NCBI GenBank assembly: GCA_964016885.1
Contig: OZ024740.1
Location: 436,914,001-436,978,000 of the forward strand
Reading direction: 5' to 3'
DNA: 64,000 bases
Source of the DNA: Eledone cirrhosa
Taxonomy: Eukaryota
The notes under the pieces are model-generated. The model was given only the letters and a program-made list of their open reading frames with translations. It did not search any database and was not told the origin of the DNA. The position numbers and the translations under genes are program-made. Shown here piece after piece: positions 51,201-64,000 of the stretch. Each line of letters opens with the position of its first letter. The stretch's first letter is position 1.

Positions 51201-54200
51201 CTGTTAATATAACCAATTCTATCCTAATTATTCTACCAACTGTTAATATAACAAATTCCATCCTTACGACTCTACCAACTGTTAATATAACAAATTCTAT
51301 CCTAATGACTCTACCAACAGTTAATATAACAAATTCTATCCTAAATTCTGCCAACTGTTAATATAACCAATTCTATCCTAATTATTCTACCGACTGTTAA
51401 TATAACGAATTCTATCGTTACGACTCTACCGACTGTTAATATAACAAATTCCATCCTTACGACTCTACCAACTGTTTATATAACAAATTCTATCCTTACG
51501 ACTCTACCAACTGTTAATATAATAAATTCTATCCTTACGACTCTACAAACTGTTAATATAACCAATTCTATCCAAATGAATCTACCAACTGTTAATATAA
51601 CAAATTCCATCCGTACGACTCTACCAACTGTTAATATAACAAATTCCATCCTTACGACTCTACCAACTGTTAATATAACCAATTCTATCCTAATGAGTCT
51701 ACCAACTGTTAATAGAACCAATTCTATCCTAATGAGTCTACCAACTGTTAATATAACCAATTCTATACTAATTATCCTACCAACTGTTAATATAATCAAT
51801 TCTATACTAATTATCCAACCAACTGTTAATATTACCAATTCTATCCTAATGATTCTACAAACTGTTAACATAACCAATTATATCCTAATGACTCTACCAA
51901 CTGTTAATATAACATATTCTATCCTAATGATTCTACCAACTCTTAATATAACAAATTCTATCCTAATGACTCTACCAATTCTTAATATAACCAATTCTAT
52001 CCTTACGACTCTACCAACTGTTAATATAACAAATTCTATCGTTACGACTCTACCAACTGTTAATATAACAAATTCTATCGTTACGACTCTACCAACTGTT
52101 AATATAACAAATTCTATCCTTACGACTCTACCAACTGTTAATATAACAAATTCTATCCTTACGACTCTACCAACCTGTTAATATAACAAATTCAATCCTT
52201 ACGACTCTACCAACTGTTAATATAACAAATTCTATCGTTACGACTCTACCAACTGTTAATATAACAAATTCTATCCTTACGACTCTACCAACTGTTAATA
52301 TAACAAATTCTATCCTAATGAGTCTACCAACTGTTAATATAACAAATTCTATCCTAATGAGTCTACCAACTGTTAATATAACCAATTCTATCCTAATGAG
52401 TCTACCAACTGTTAATATAACCAATTCTATCCTAATGAATCTACCAACTGTTAATATAACAAATTCTATCGTTACGACTCTACCAACTGTTAATATAACA
52501 AATTCTATCCTTACGACTCTACCAACTGTTAATATAACAAATTCTATCCTAATGAGTCTACCAACTGTTAACATAACAAATTCTATCCTAATGAGTCTAC
52601 CAACTGTTAATATAACCAATTCTATCCTAATGAGTCTACCAACTGTTAATATAACCAATTCTATCCTAATGAGTCTACCAACTGTTAATATAACCAATTC
52701 TATCCTAATGAATCTACCAACTGTTAATATAACAAATTCTATCCTTACGACTCTACCAACTGTTAATATAACAAATTCTATCCTAATGAGTCTACCAACT
52801 GTTAATATAACCAATTCTATCCTAATGAGTCTACCAACTGTTAATATAACCAATTCTATCCTAATGAATCTACCAACTGTTAATATAACAAATTCTATCG
52901 TTACGACTCTACCAACTGTTAATATAACAAATTCTATCCTAATAATTCTACCAACTGTTATTATAACCAATCTATCCTTACAACTCTACCAACTGTTAAT
53001 ATTACAAATTCTATCCTTACGACTCTACCAACTGTTAATATAACCAATACTATTCTTACGACTGTACCAACTGTTAATATAACAAATTCTATCCTTACGA
53101 CTCAACCAACTGTTAATATAGCAAATTCAATCCTAATGAGTCTACCAACTGTTAATATAACCAATTATATCCTAATGAATCTACCAACTGTTAGTATAAC
53201 CAATTCTATCCTAATGATTCTACAAACTGTTAATATAACAAATTCTATCCTAATGAATCTACCAACTATTAATATAACAAAATTCTATCCTAATGATTCT
53301 ACCAACTGTTAATATAACCAATTATATCCTAATGATTCTACCAACTGTTAGTATAACCAATTCTATCCTAATGATTCTACCAACTGTTAATATAACCAAT
53401 TCTATCCTAATGACTCTACCAACTGTTAATATAACCAATTCTATCCTAATGAATCTACCAACTGTTAATATAACAAATTCTATCCTTACGACTCTACCAA
53501 CTGTTAATATAACCAATTCTATCCTTACGACTCTACCAACTGTTAATATAATAAATTCTATTCTTACGACTCTACCAACTGTTAATATAACCAATTCTAT
53601 CCTTACGACTCTACCAACTGTTAATATAATAAATTCTATTCTTACGACTCTACCAACTGTTAATATAACCAATTCTATCCTTACGACTCTACCAACTGTT
53701 AATATAACAAATTCTATCCTTACGACTCTACCAACTGTTAGTATAACCAATTCTATCCTAATGAATCAACCAACTTTTAATATAACCAATTCTATCCTAA
53801 TGAAGCTACCAACTGTTAATATAACCAACTCTATCCTTACGACTCTACCAACTGTCAATATAACGAATTCTATCCTTACGACTCTACCGACTGTTAATAT
53901 AACCAATTCTATCCTAATGAGTCTACCAACTTTTAATATAACCAATTCTATCCTAATGAAGCTACCAACTGTTAATATAACCAACTCTATCCTTACGACT
54001 CTATCAACTGTTAATATAACCAATTCTATCCTAATGAATCTACCAACTGTTAATATAACCAACTCTATCCTTACGACTCTACCAACTGTTAATATAACAA
54101 ATTCCATCCGTACGACTCTACCAACTGTTAATATAACCAATTCTATCCTAATGAGTCTACCAACTGTTAATATAACCAATTCTATCCTAATGAGTCTACC

Positions 54201-57200
54201 AACTGTTAATATAACCAGTTCTATACTAATTATCCTACCAACTGTTAATATAACCAATCGTATCCTAATGAATCTACCAACTGTTAATATAACCAATTCT
54301 ATCCTTACGACTCTACCAACTGTTAATATAACCAATTCTATCCTTACGACACTACCAACTGTTAATATAACAAATTCTATCCTAATGATTCTACCAACTG
54401 TTAATATAACAAATTCTATCCTAATGAATATACCGACTGTTAATATAACACATTCCATCCTTACGACTCTACCAACTGTTAATATAACAGATTCTATCCT
54501 AATTATTCTACCAACTGTTAATATAACAAATTCCATCCTTACGACTCTACCAACTGTTAATATAACCAATTCTATCCTAATTATTCTACCAACTGTTAAT
54601 ATAACAAATTCCATCCTTACGACTCTACCAACTGTTAATATAACAAATTCTATCCTAATGACTCTACCAACAGTTAATATAACAAATTCTATCCTAAATT
54701 CTGCCAACTGTTAATATAACCAATTCTATCCTAATTATTCTACCGACTGTTAATATAACGAATTCTATCGTTACGACTCTACCGACTGTTAATATAACAA
54801 ATTCCATCCTTACGACTCTACCAACTGTTTATATAACAAATTCTATCCTTACGACTCTACCAACTGTTAATATAATAAATTCTATCCTTACGACTCTACA
54901 AACTGTTAATATAACCAATTCTATCCAAATGAATCTACCAACTGTTAATATAACAAATTCCATCCGTACGACTCTACCAACTGTTAATATAACAAGTTCT
55001 ATCCTAATGATTCAAACCAACTGTTAATATAACAAATTCTATCCTTACAACTCTACCAACTGTTATTATAACAAGTTCTATCCTAATGAATCTACCAACC
55101 GTTAATATAACAAATTCCATCCTTACGACTCTACCAACTGTTAATATAACAAATTCTATCCTTACAACTCTACCAACTGTTATTATAACAAGTTCTATCC
55201 TAATGAATCTACCAACCGTTAATATAACAAATTCTATCCTTACGACTCTACCAACTGTTAATATAACAAATTCTATCCTTACGACTCTACCAACTTTTAA
55301 TATAAGAAATTCTATCCTTACGACTCTACCAACTTTTAATATAACAAATTTTATCCTTACCGCTCTACCCATTGTTAATATTACAAAGTCTATCCTTACG
55401 ACTCTACCAACAGTTAATATAACAAAGTCTATCCTTACAACACTACCAACTGTTAATATAACAAGTTCTATCCTAATGACTCTACCAACTGTTAATATAA
55501 CCAATTCTATCCTTACAACTCTACCAACTGTTAATATAACCAATTCTATCCTAATAAATCTACCAACTGTTAATATAACAAATTCTCTCCTTACGACTCT
55601 ACCAACTGTTAATATAACCAATTCTATCCTAATTATTCTACCAACTGTTAATATAACAAATTCTATCCTAATGATTCTACCAACTGTTTATATAACGAAT
55701 TCTATCCTTACGACTCTACCAACTGTTAATATAAGAAATTCTATTCTTACGACTCTACCGACTGTTTATATAACAAAGTCTATCCTTACGACTCTACCAA
55801 CTGTTAATATAACAAGTTCTATCCTAATGACTCTACCAACCGTTAATATAACAAATTCTATCCTTACGACTCTACCAACAGTTAATATAACAAATTCTAT
55901 CCTTACGACTCTACCAACTGTTAATATAACAAATTCTATCCTTACGACTCTACCAACAGTTAATATAACAAATTCTATCCTAATGAATCTACCAACTCTT
56001 AATATAACAAATTCTATCCTTACGACTCTACCGACTTTAATATAACGATTTCTATCCTTACGACTCTACCGATTGATAATATAACAAATTCTATCGTTAC
56101 GACTCTACAAACTGTTAATATAACAAATTCTATCCTAATGATTCTACAAACTGTTAATATAACCAATTCTATTTTAATGAATCTACCAACTTTTAATAAA
56201 ACCAATTCTATCCTAATGAATCTACCAACTGTTGATATAACAAATTCTATCCTTACGAATCTACCAAGTGTTAATATAACCAATTTTATCCTTACGACTC
56301 TACCAACTGTTAGTATAACCAATTCTATCCTAATGAATCTACCAACTGTTAATATAACAAATTCCATCCTTACGACTCTACCAACAGTTAATATAACAAA
56401 TTGTATCCTAAATTCTACCAACTGTTAATATAACAAAATCTATCCTTACGACTCTACCAACAGTTAATATAACAAATTCTATCCTTACGATTCTACCAAC
56501 TGTTAATATAACAAATTCTATCCTTACGACTCTACCAACTTTTAATATAAGAAATTCTATTCTTACGACTCTACCGACTGTTAATATAACAAAGTCTATC
56601 CTTACGACTCTACCAACTGTTAATATAACAAGTTCTATCCTAGTGACTCTACCAACAGTTAATATAACAAAGTCTATCCTTACGACACTACCAACCGTTA
56701 ATATAACAAGTTCTATCCTAATGACTCTACCAACAGTTAATATAACAAAGTCTATCCTTACGACACTACCAACCGTTAATATAACAAGTTCTATCCTAAT
56801 GACTCTACCAACTGTTAATATAACCGATTCTATCCTTACGACTCTACCAACTGTTAATATAACATATTCTATACTTACGACTCTACCAACTGTTAATATA
56901 AGAAATGTTATCCTTACGACTCTACCAACTGTTAATATAACAAATTCTCTCCTTACGACTCTACCAACTGTTAATATAACAAATTCCATCCGTACGACTC
57001 TACCAACTGTTAATATAACAAATTCCATCCGTACGACTCTACCAACTGTTAATATAACAAATTCCATCCGTACGACTCTACCAACTGTTAATATAACAAA
57101 TTCTATCCTAATGTCTCTACCAACTGTTTATATGAGAAATTCTATCCTAATGATTCTACAAACTTTTAATATAACAAATTCTATCCTAATGACTCTACCA

Positions 57201-60200
57201 ACTGTTTATATGAGAAATTCTATCCTAATGAATCTACCAACTGTTAATATTACAAATTCTATCCTTACGACTCTACCAACTGTTAATATAACAATTTCTA
57301 TCTTTGTGACTCTACCAAGTCTTAATATAACCAATTCTATACTAATGAATCTACCAACTCTTAATATAACAAATTCTATCCTTACGACTCTACCAACTTT
57401 TAATATAAGAAATTCTATTCTTACGACTCTACCAAGTTTTAATATCACAAATTCTATTCTTACGACTCTACCAACTGTTAATATGACAAATTCTATCCTA
57501 ATGATTCTACAAACTGTTAATATAACAAATTCTATCCTTACGACTCTACCAACTGTTAGTATAACCAATTCTATGCTAATGAATCTACCAACTGTTAATA
57601 TAACAAATTCCATCCTTACGACTTTACCAACTGTTAATATAACAAATTCTATGCTAATGACTCTACCAACAGTTAATATAACAAATTCTATCCTTACGAC
57701 TCTACCAACTGTTAATATAACCAATTCTATTTTAATGAATCTACCAACTTTTAATAAAACAAATTCTATCCTAATGAATCTACCAACTGTTAATATAACA
57801 AATTCTCTCCTTACGACTCTACCAACTGTTAATATAAGCAATTCGATCCTTAAGACTCTACCAACTGTTAGTATAACCAATTCTATCCTAATGAATCTAC
57901 CAACTGTTAATATAACCAATTTTATCCTAATGATTCTACCAACTGTTAATATAACAAATTCCATCCTTACGACTCTACCAACGGTTAATATAACCAATTC
58001 TATTTTAATGAATCTACCAACTTTTAATAAAACAAATTCTCTCCTTACGACTCTACCAACTGTTAATATAACAAATTCTATCCTAATGATTCTACAAACT
58101 GTTTTTATGAGAAATTCTATCCTAACGATTCTACAAACTTTTAATATAACCAATTCTATCCTAATGAATCTACCAACTGTTAATATTACAAATTCTATCC
58201 TTACGACTCTACCAACTGTTAATATAACAATTTGTATCTTTGTGACTCTACCAAGACTTAATATAACCAATTCTATCCAAATGAATCTACCAACTGTTAA
58301 TATAACCAATTCCATCCTTACGACTCTACCAACTCTTAATATAACCAATTCTATCCTAATGAATCTACCAAATGTTAATATTAGCAAATTCCATCCTTAC
58401 GACTCTACTAACTGTTAATATAACAAATTCTATCCTAATGATTTTACCAACTGTTTATATAACAAATTCTATTCTAATGATTCTACAAACTGTTAATATA
58501 ACCAATTCTATCCTAATGAATCTACCAACTGTTAATATAACAAATTCCATCTGTACGACTCTACCAACTCTTAATATAACCAATTCTATCCTAATGAATC
58601 TACCAAATGTTAATATTAGCAAATTCCATCCTTACGACTCTACTAACTGTTAATATAACATATTCTATCCTTACGACTCTACCAACTGTTAATATAACAT
58701 ATTCTATACTTACGACTCTACCAACTGTTAATATAAGAAATTTTATCCTTACGACTCTACCAACTGTTAATATAACATATTCTATCCTTACGACTCTACC
58801 AACTGTTAATATAACATATTCTATCCTTACGACTCTACCAACTGTTAATATAACTAATTCGATCCTTACGACTCTACCAACTGTTAGTATAACCAATTCT
58901 ATCTTAATGATTCTACCAACTGTTAACATAACCAAATCTATCCTTATGAATCTACCAACTGTTAATATAACAAATTCCATCCTTACGACTCTACCAACAG
59001 TTAATATAACCAATTCTATCCTAAATTCTACCAACTGTTAATATAACAAGTTCTATCCTTACGACTCTACCAACAGTTAATATAACCAATTCTATCCTAA
59101 ATTCTACCAACTGTTAATATAACAAGTTCTATCCTAATGATTCTACCAACTGTTAATATAACCAATTCTATCCTATTAAATCTACCAACTGTTAATATAA
59201 CAAATTCTCTCCTTACGACTCTACCAACTGTTAACATAACCAAATCTATCCTAATGAATCTACCCATTGTTAATATAATGAATTCTATCCTTACGACTCT
59301 ACCAACTGTTTATATAACAAATTCTATCCTTACGACTGTACCAACTGTTAATATAACAAGTTCTCTCCTTACGACTCTACCAACTGTTAATATGACAAAT
59401 TCTCTCCTTACGACTCTACCAACTGTTAATATAACAAATTCTATCCTTACGACTCTACCAAATGTTAATATAACAAATTCTATCGATATGATTCTACTAA
59501 CTCTTAATATAACAAATTCTATCCTAATGAGTCTACCAACTGTTAATATAACCAATTCTATCCTAATGAATCTACCAACTGTTAATATAACAAATTCCAT
59601 CCTTACGACTCTACCAACTGTTAATATAACAAATTCTATCGTAATGACTCTACCAACTGTTAATATAACAAATTTTATCCTTACGACTCTACCAACTGTT
59701 AATATAACAAATGCAATACTTACGACTCTACCAACTGTTAATATAACCAATTCTATCCTAATGAATCTACCAACTGTTAATCTAACCAATTCTATCCTAA
59801 TGAGTCTACCAACTCTTAATATAACAAATTCTATCCTTATGACTCTACCAACTTTTAATATGAGAAATTCTATTCTTACGACTCTACCGACAGTTAATAT
59901 AACAAAGTCTATCCTTATGACTCTACCAACTTATAATATAACAACTTCTATCCTTACGACTCTACCAACTGTTAATATAACATATTCTATACTTACGACT
60001 CTACCAACTGTTAATATAACCAATTCGATCCTTACGACTCTACCAACTGTTAGTATAACCAATTCTATCCTAATGATTCTACCAACTGTTAACATAACCA
60101 AATCTATCCTTATGAATCTACCAACTGTTAATATAACAAATTCCATCCTTACGACTTTACCAAATGTTAATATAACAAATTCTATGCTAATGACTCTACC

Positions 60201-63200
60201 AACAGTTAATATAACCAATTCTATCCTAAATTCTACCAACTGTTAATATAGCAAGTTCTATCCTTACGACTCTACCAACTGTTAATATAACAAATTCTAT
60301 CGTAATGACTCTACCAACTGTTAATATAACAAATTTTATCCTTACGACTCTACCAACTGTTAATATAACAAATGCAATACTTACGACTCTACCAACTGTT
60401 AATATAACCAATTCTATCCTAATGAATCTACCAACTGTTAATCTAACCAATTCTATCCTAATGAGTCTACCAACTCTTAATATAACAAATTCTATCCTTA
60501 TGACTCTACCAACTTTTAATATGAGAAATTCTATTCTTACGACTCTACCGACAGTTAATATAACAAAGTCTATCCTTATGACTCTACCAACTTATAATAT
60601 AACAACTTCTATCCTTACGACTCTACCAACTGTTAATATAACATATTCTATACTTACGACTCTACCAACTGTTAATATAACCAATTCGATCCTTACGACT
60701 CTACCAACTGTTAGTATAACCAATTCTATCCTAATGATTCTACCAACTGTTAACATAACCAAATCTATCCTTATGAATCTACCAACTGTTAATATAACAA
60801 ATTCCATCCTTACGACTTTACCAAATGTTAATATAACAAATTCTATGCTAATGACTCTACCAACAGTTAATATAACCAATTCTATCCTAAATTCTACCAA
60901 CTGTTAATATAGCAAGTTCTATCCTTACGACTCTACCAACTGTTAATATAACAAATTCTATCGTAATGACTCTACCAACTGTTAATATAACAAATTTTAT
61001 CCTTACGACTCTACCAACTGTTAATATAACAAATGCAATACTTACGACTCTACCAACTGTTAATATAACCAATTCTATCCTAATGAATCTACCAACTGTT
61101 AATCTAACCAATTCTATCCTAATGAGTCTACCAACTCTTAATATAACAAATTCTATCCTTATGACTCTACCAACTTTTAATATGAGAAATTCTATTCTTA
61201 CGACTCTACCGACAGTTAATATAACAAAGTCTATCCTTATGACTCTACCAACTTATAATATAACAACTTCTATCCTTACGACTCTACCAACTGTTAATAT
61301 AACATATTCTATACTTACGACTCTACCAACTGTTAATATAACCAATTCGATCCTTACGACTCTACCAACTGTTAGTATAACCAATTCTATCCTAATGATT
61401 CTACCAACTGTTAACATAACCAAATCTATCCTTATGAATCTACCAACTGTTAATATAACAAATTCCATCCTTACGACTTTACCAAATGTTAATATAACAA
61501 ATTCTATGCTAATGACTCTACCAACAGTTAATATAACCAATTCTATCCTAAATTCTACCAACTGTTAATATAGCAAGTTCTATCCTTACGACTCTACCAA
61601 CTTTTAATATAACAAATTTTATCCTTACGGCTCTACCAACTGTTAATATAACAAATTTTCTCCTTACGACTCTACCAACTGTTAATATAACCAAGTCTAT
61701 CCTAATGATTCTACCAACTGTTAACATAACCAAATCTATCCTAATGAATCTACCAACTGTTAATATAACAAATTCTATCCATACGACTCTACCAACTTTT
61801 AATATGACAAATTCTATTCTTACGACTCTACCGACAGTTAATATAACAAAGTCTATCCTTATGACTCTACCGACTGTTAAGATAACAAAGTCTATCCTTA
61901 CGACTCTACCAACTGTTAATATAACAAATGTTATCCTTACGACTCTACCAACTCTTAATATAACAAATTCTATCCTAATTATTCTACCAACTGTTAATAT
62001 AACCAATTCTATCCTAATTATTCTACTAACTGTTAATATAACAAATTCCATCCTTACGACTCTACCAACTGTTAATATAACAAATTCTATCCTAAATTCC
62101 ACCAACTGTTAATATAACAAATTCTATCCTAATGAATCTACCAACTGTTAATATTAACAAATTCCATCCTTACGACTCTACCAACTGTTAATATAACAAA
62201 TTCTATCCTAATGACTCAACCAGCTGTTAATATAACAAATTCTATCCTTACGACTCTACCGACTGTTAATATAACAAATGTTATCCTTACGACTCTACCA
62301 ACTGTTAATATAACAAATTCTATCCTTACGACTCTACCAACTGTTAATATAACCAATTCTATCCTAATGATTCTACCAACTGTTAACATAACCAAATTCT
62401 ATCCTTACGACTCTACCAACTGTTAATATAACAAATTCTATCCTTACAACTCTACCAACTGTTAATATAACAAGTTCTATCCTAATGACTCAACCAACTG
62501 TTAATATAACAAATTCTATCCTAATTATTCTACCAACTGTTAATATAACCAATTCTATCCTAATTATTCTACCAACTGTTAATATAACAAATTCTATCCT
62601 AATGATTCTACCAACTGTTAATATAACCAATTCTATCCTTACAACTCTACCAACTGTTAATATAACAAGTTCTATCCTAATGACTCAACCAACTGTTAAT
62701 ATAACAAATTCTATCCTAATTATTCTACCAACTGTTAATATAACCAATTCTATCCTAATTATTCTACCAACTGTTAATATAACCAATTCTATCCTAATGA
62801 TTCTACCAACTGTTAATATAACAAATTCTATCCTTACAACTCTACCAACTGTTAATATAACCAATTCTATCCTTACGACTCTACCAACTTTTAATATGAG
62901 AAATTCTATTCTTACGACTCTACCAACTGTTAATATAACAAATTCTATCCTTACGACTCTACCGACTGTTAATATAACAAATTCTATCCTTACAACTCTA
63001 CCAACTGTTAATATAACAAGTTCTATCCTAATGAATCTACCAACTGTTAATATAACAAATTCTATCCTTACGACTCTACCAACTTTTAATATGAGAAATT
63101 CTATTCTTACGACTATACCGACAGTTAATATAACAAAGTCTATCCTTATGACTCTACCAACTGTTAATATAACAAATTTTATCCTTAAGACTCTACCCAT

Positions 63201-64000
63201 TGTTAATATGACGAATTCTATCCCTACGACTCTACCCATTGTTAATATAATAAATTCTATCCTTACGACACTACCAACTGTTAATATAACAAGTTCTATC
63301 CTAATGACTCTACCAACTGTTAATATAACCAATTCTATCCTAATGATTCTACAAACTGTTAATATAACCAATTCTATCCTAATGAATCTACCAACTGTTA
63401 ATATTACAAATTCTATCCTTATGACTCTACCAACTGTTAATATAACAATTTCTATCTTTGTGACTCTACCAAGTCTTAATATAACCAATTCTATCCTAAT
63501 GAATCTACCAACTGTTAATATAACAAATTCCATCCTTACGACTCTACCAACTGTTAATATAACAAATTCTATCCTAATTATTCTACCGACTGTTAATATA
63601 ACCAATTCTATCCTAATTATTCTACCGACTGTTAATATAACAAATTCAATCCTTACGACTCTACCAACTGTTAATATAACAAATTCTATCGTTACGACTC
63701 TACCAACTGTTAATATAACCAATTCTATACAAATGAATCTACCAACTGTTAATATAACAAATTCTATCCTTACGACTCTACCAACTGTTAATATAACAAA
63801 TTTTATCCTTACGACTCTACCAACTGTTAATATAACCAATTCTATCCTTACGATTCTAGCAAATGTTAACATAACCAATTCTATCCGTACGACTCTACCA
63901 ACTGTTAATATAACAAATTCTCTCCTTACGACTCTACCACCTCTTAATATAACAAATTCCATCCTTACGACTCTACCAACTGTTAATATAACCAATTCTA
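21171..64000. repeat. 39-bp satellite (TTCTATCCTTACGACTCTACCAACTGTTAATATAACAAA), ~1100 copies, with nested higher-order duplications; runs off the right edge
   Basis: Continuous 39-bp periodicity; identical variant strings recur at offsets 505, 661, 2799, 3353, 4483, 7600 and 12083 bp, read from matching ORF-track blocks. Confidence 0.98.

Noticed and set aside
21096-63995. Very long ORFs (up to 1858 aa) on both strands as genuine genes
   Set aside because: Explained by a 39-bp (3n) stop-free monomer; repeatedly frameshifted by 1-2 bp indels; no signal peptide or unique domain; open on both strands.

Overview
Eukaryotic, AT-rich, repeat-dominated genomic DNA. The SINE families look molluscan, probably cephalopod/Octopus-like, but that is recall and was not searched. 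About 80% of the window is three tandem arrays: a 41-bp satellite (1-6073), a 23-bp satellite (10777-13801) and a 39-bp satellite of at least 42.8 kb (21171 to the window end). The only credible coding sequence is a 5'-truncated RTE/BovB-like LINE ORF with an RT domain and three C-terminal C2H2 fingers. There are several tRNA-derived SINE copies with target-site duplications. Two observations stand out. (1) An apparently non-coding element at 19535-20652 sits in (TA)n and consists of a 656-bp terminally redundant monomer plus an inverted partial copy; it carries a type I minimal hammerhead ribozyme-like fold (Penelope-like/retrozyme-like). (2) The giant 39-bp satellite starts where the tRNA-like head of a degenerate SINE should be and resembles it, suggesting the satellite was born from a SINE A-box region. 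The long repetitive ORFs in the ORF track are best explained as satellite artefacts.
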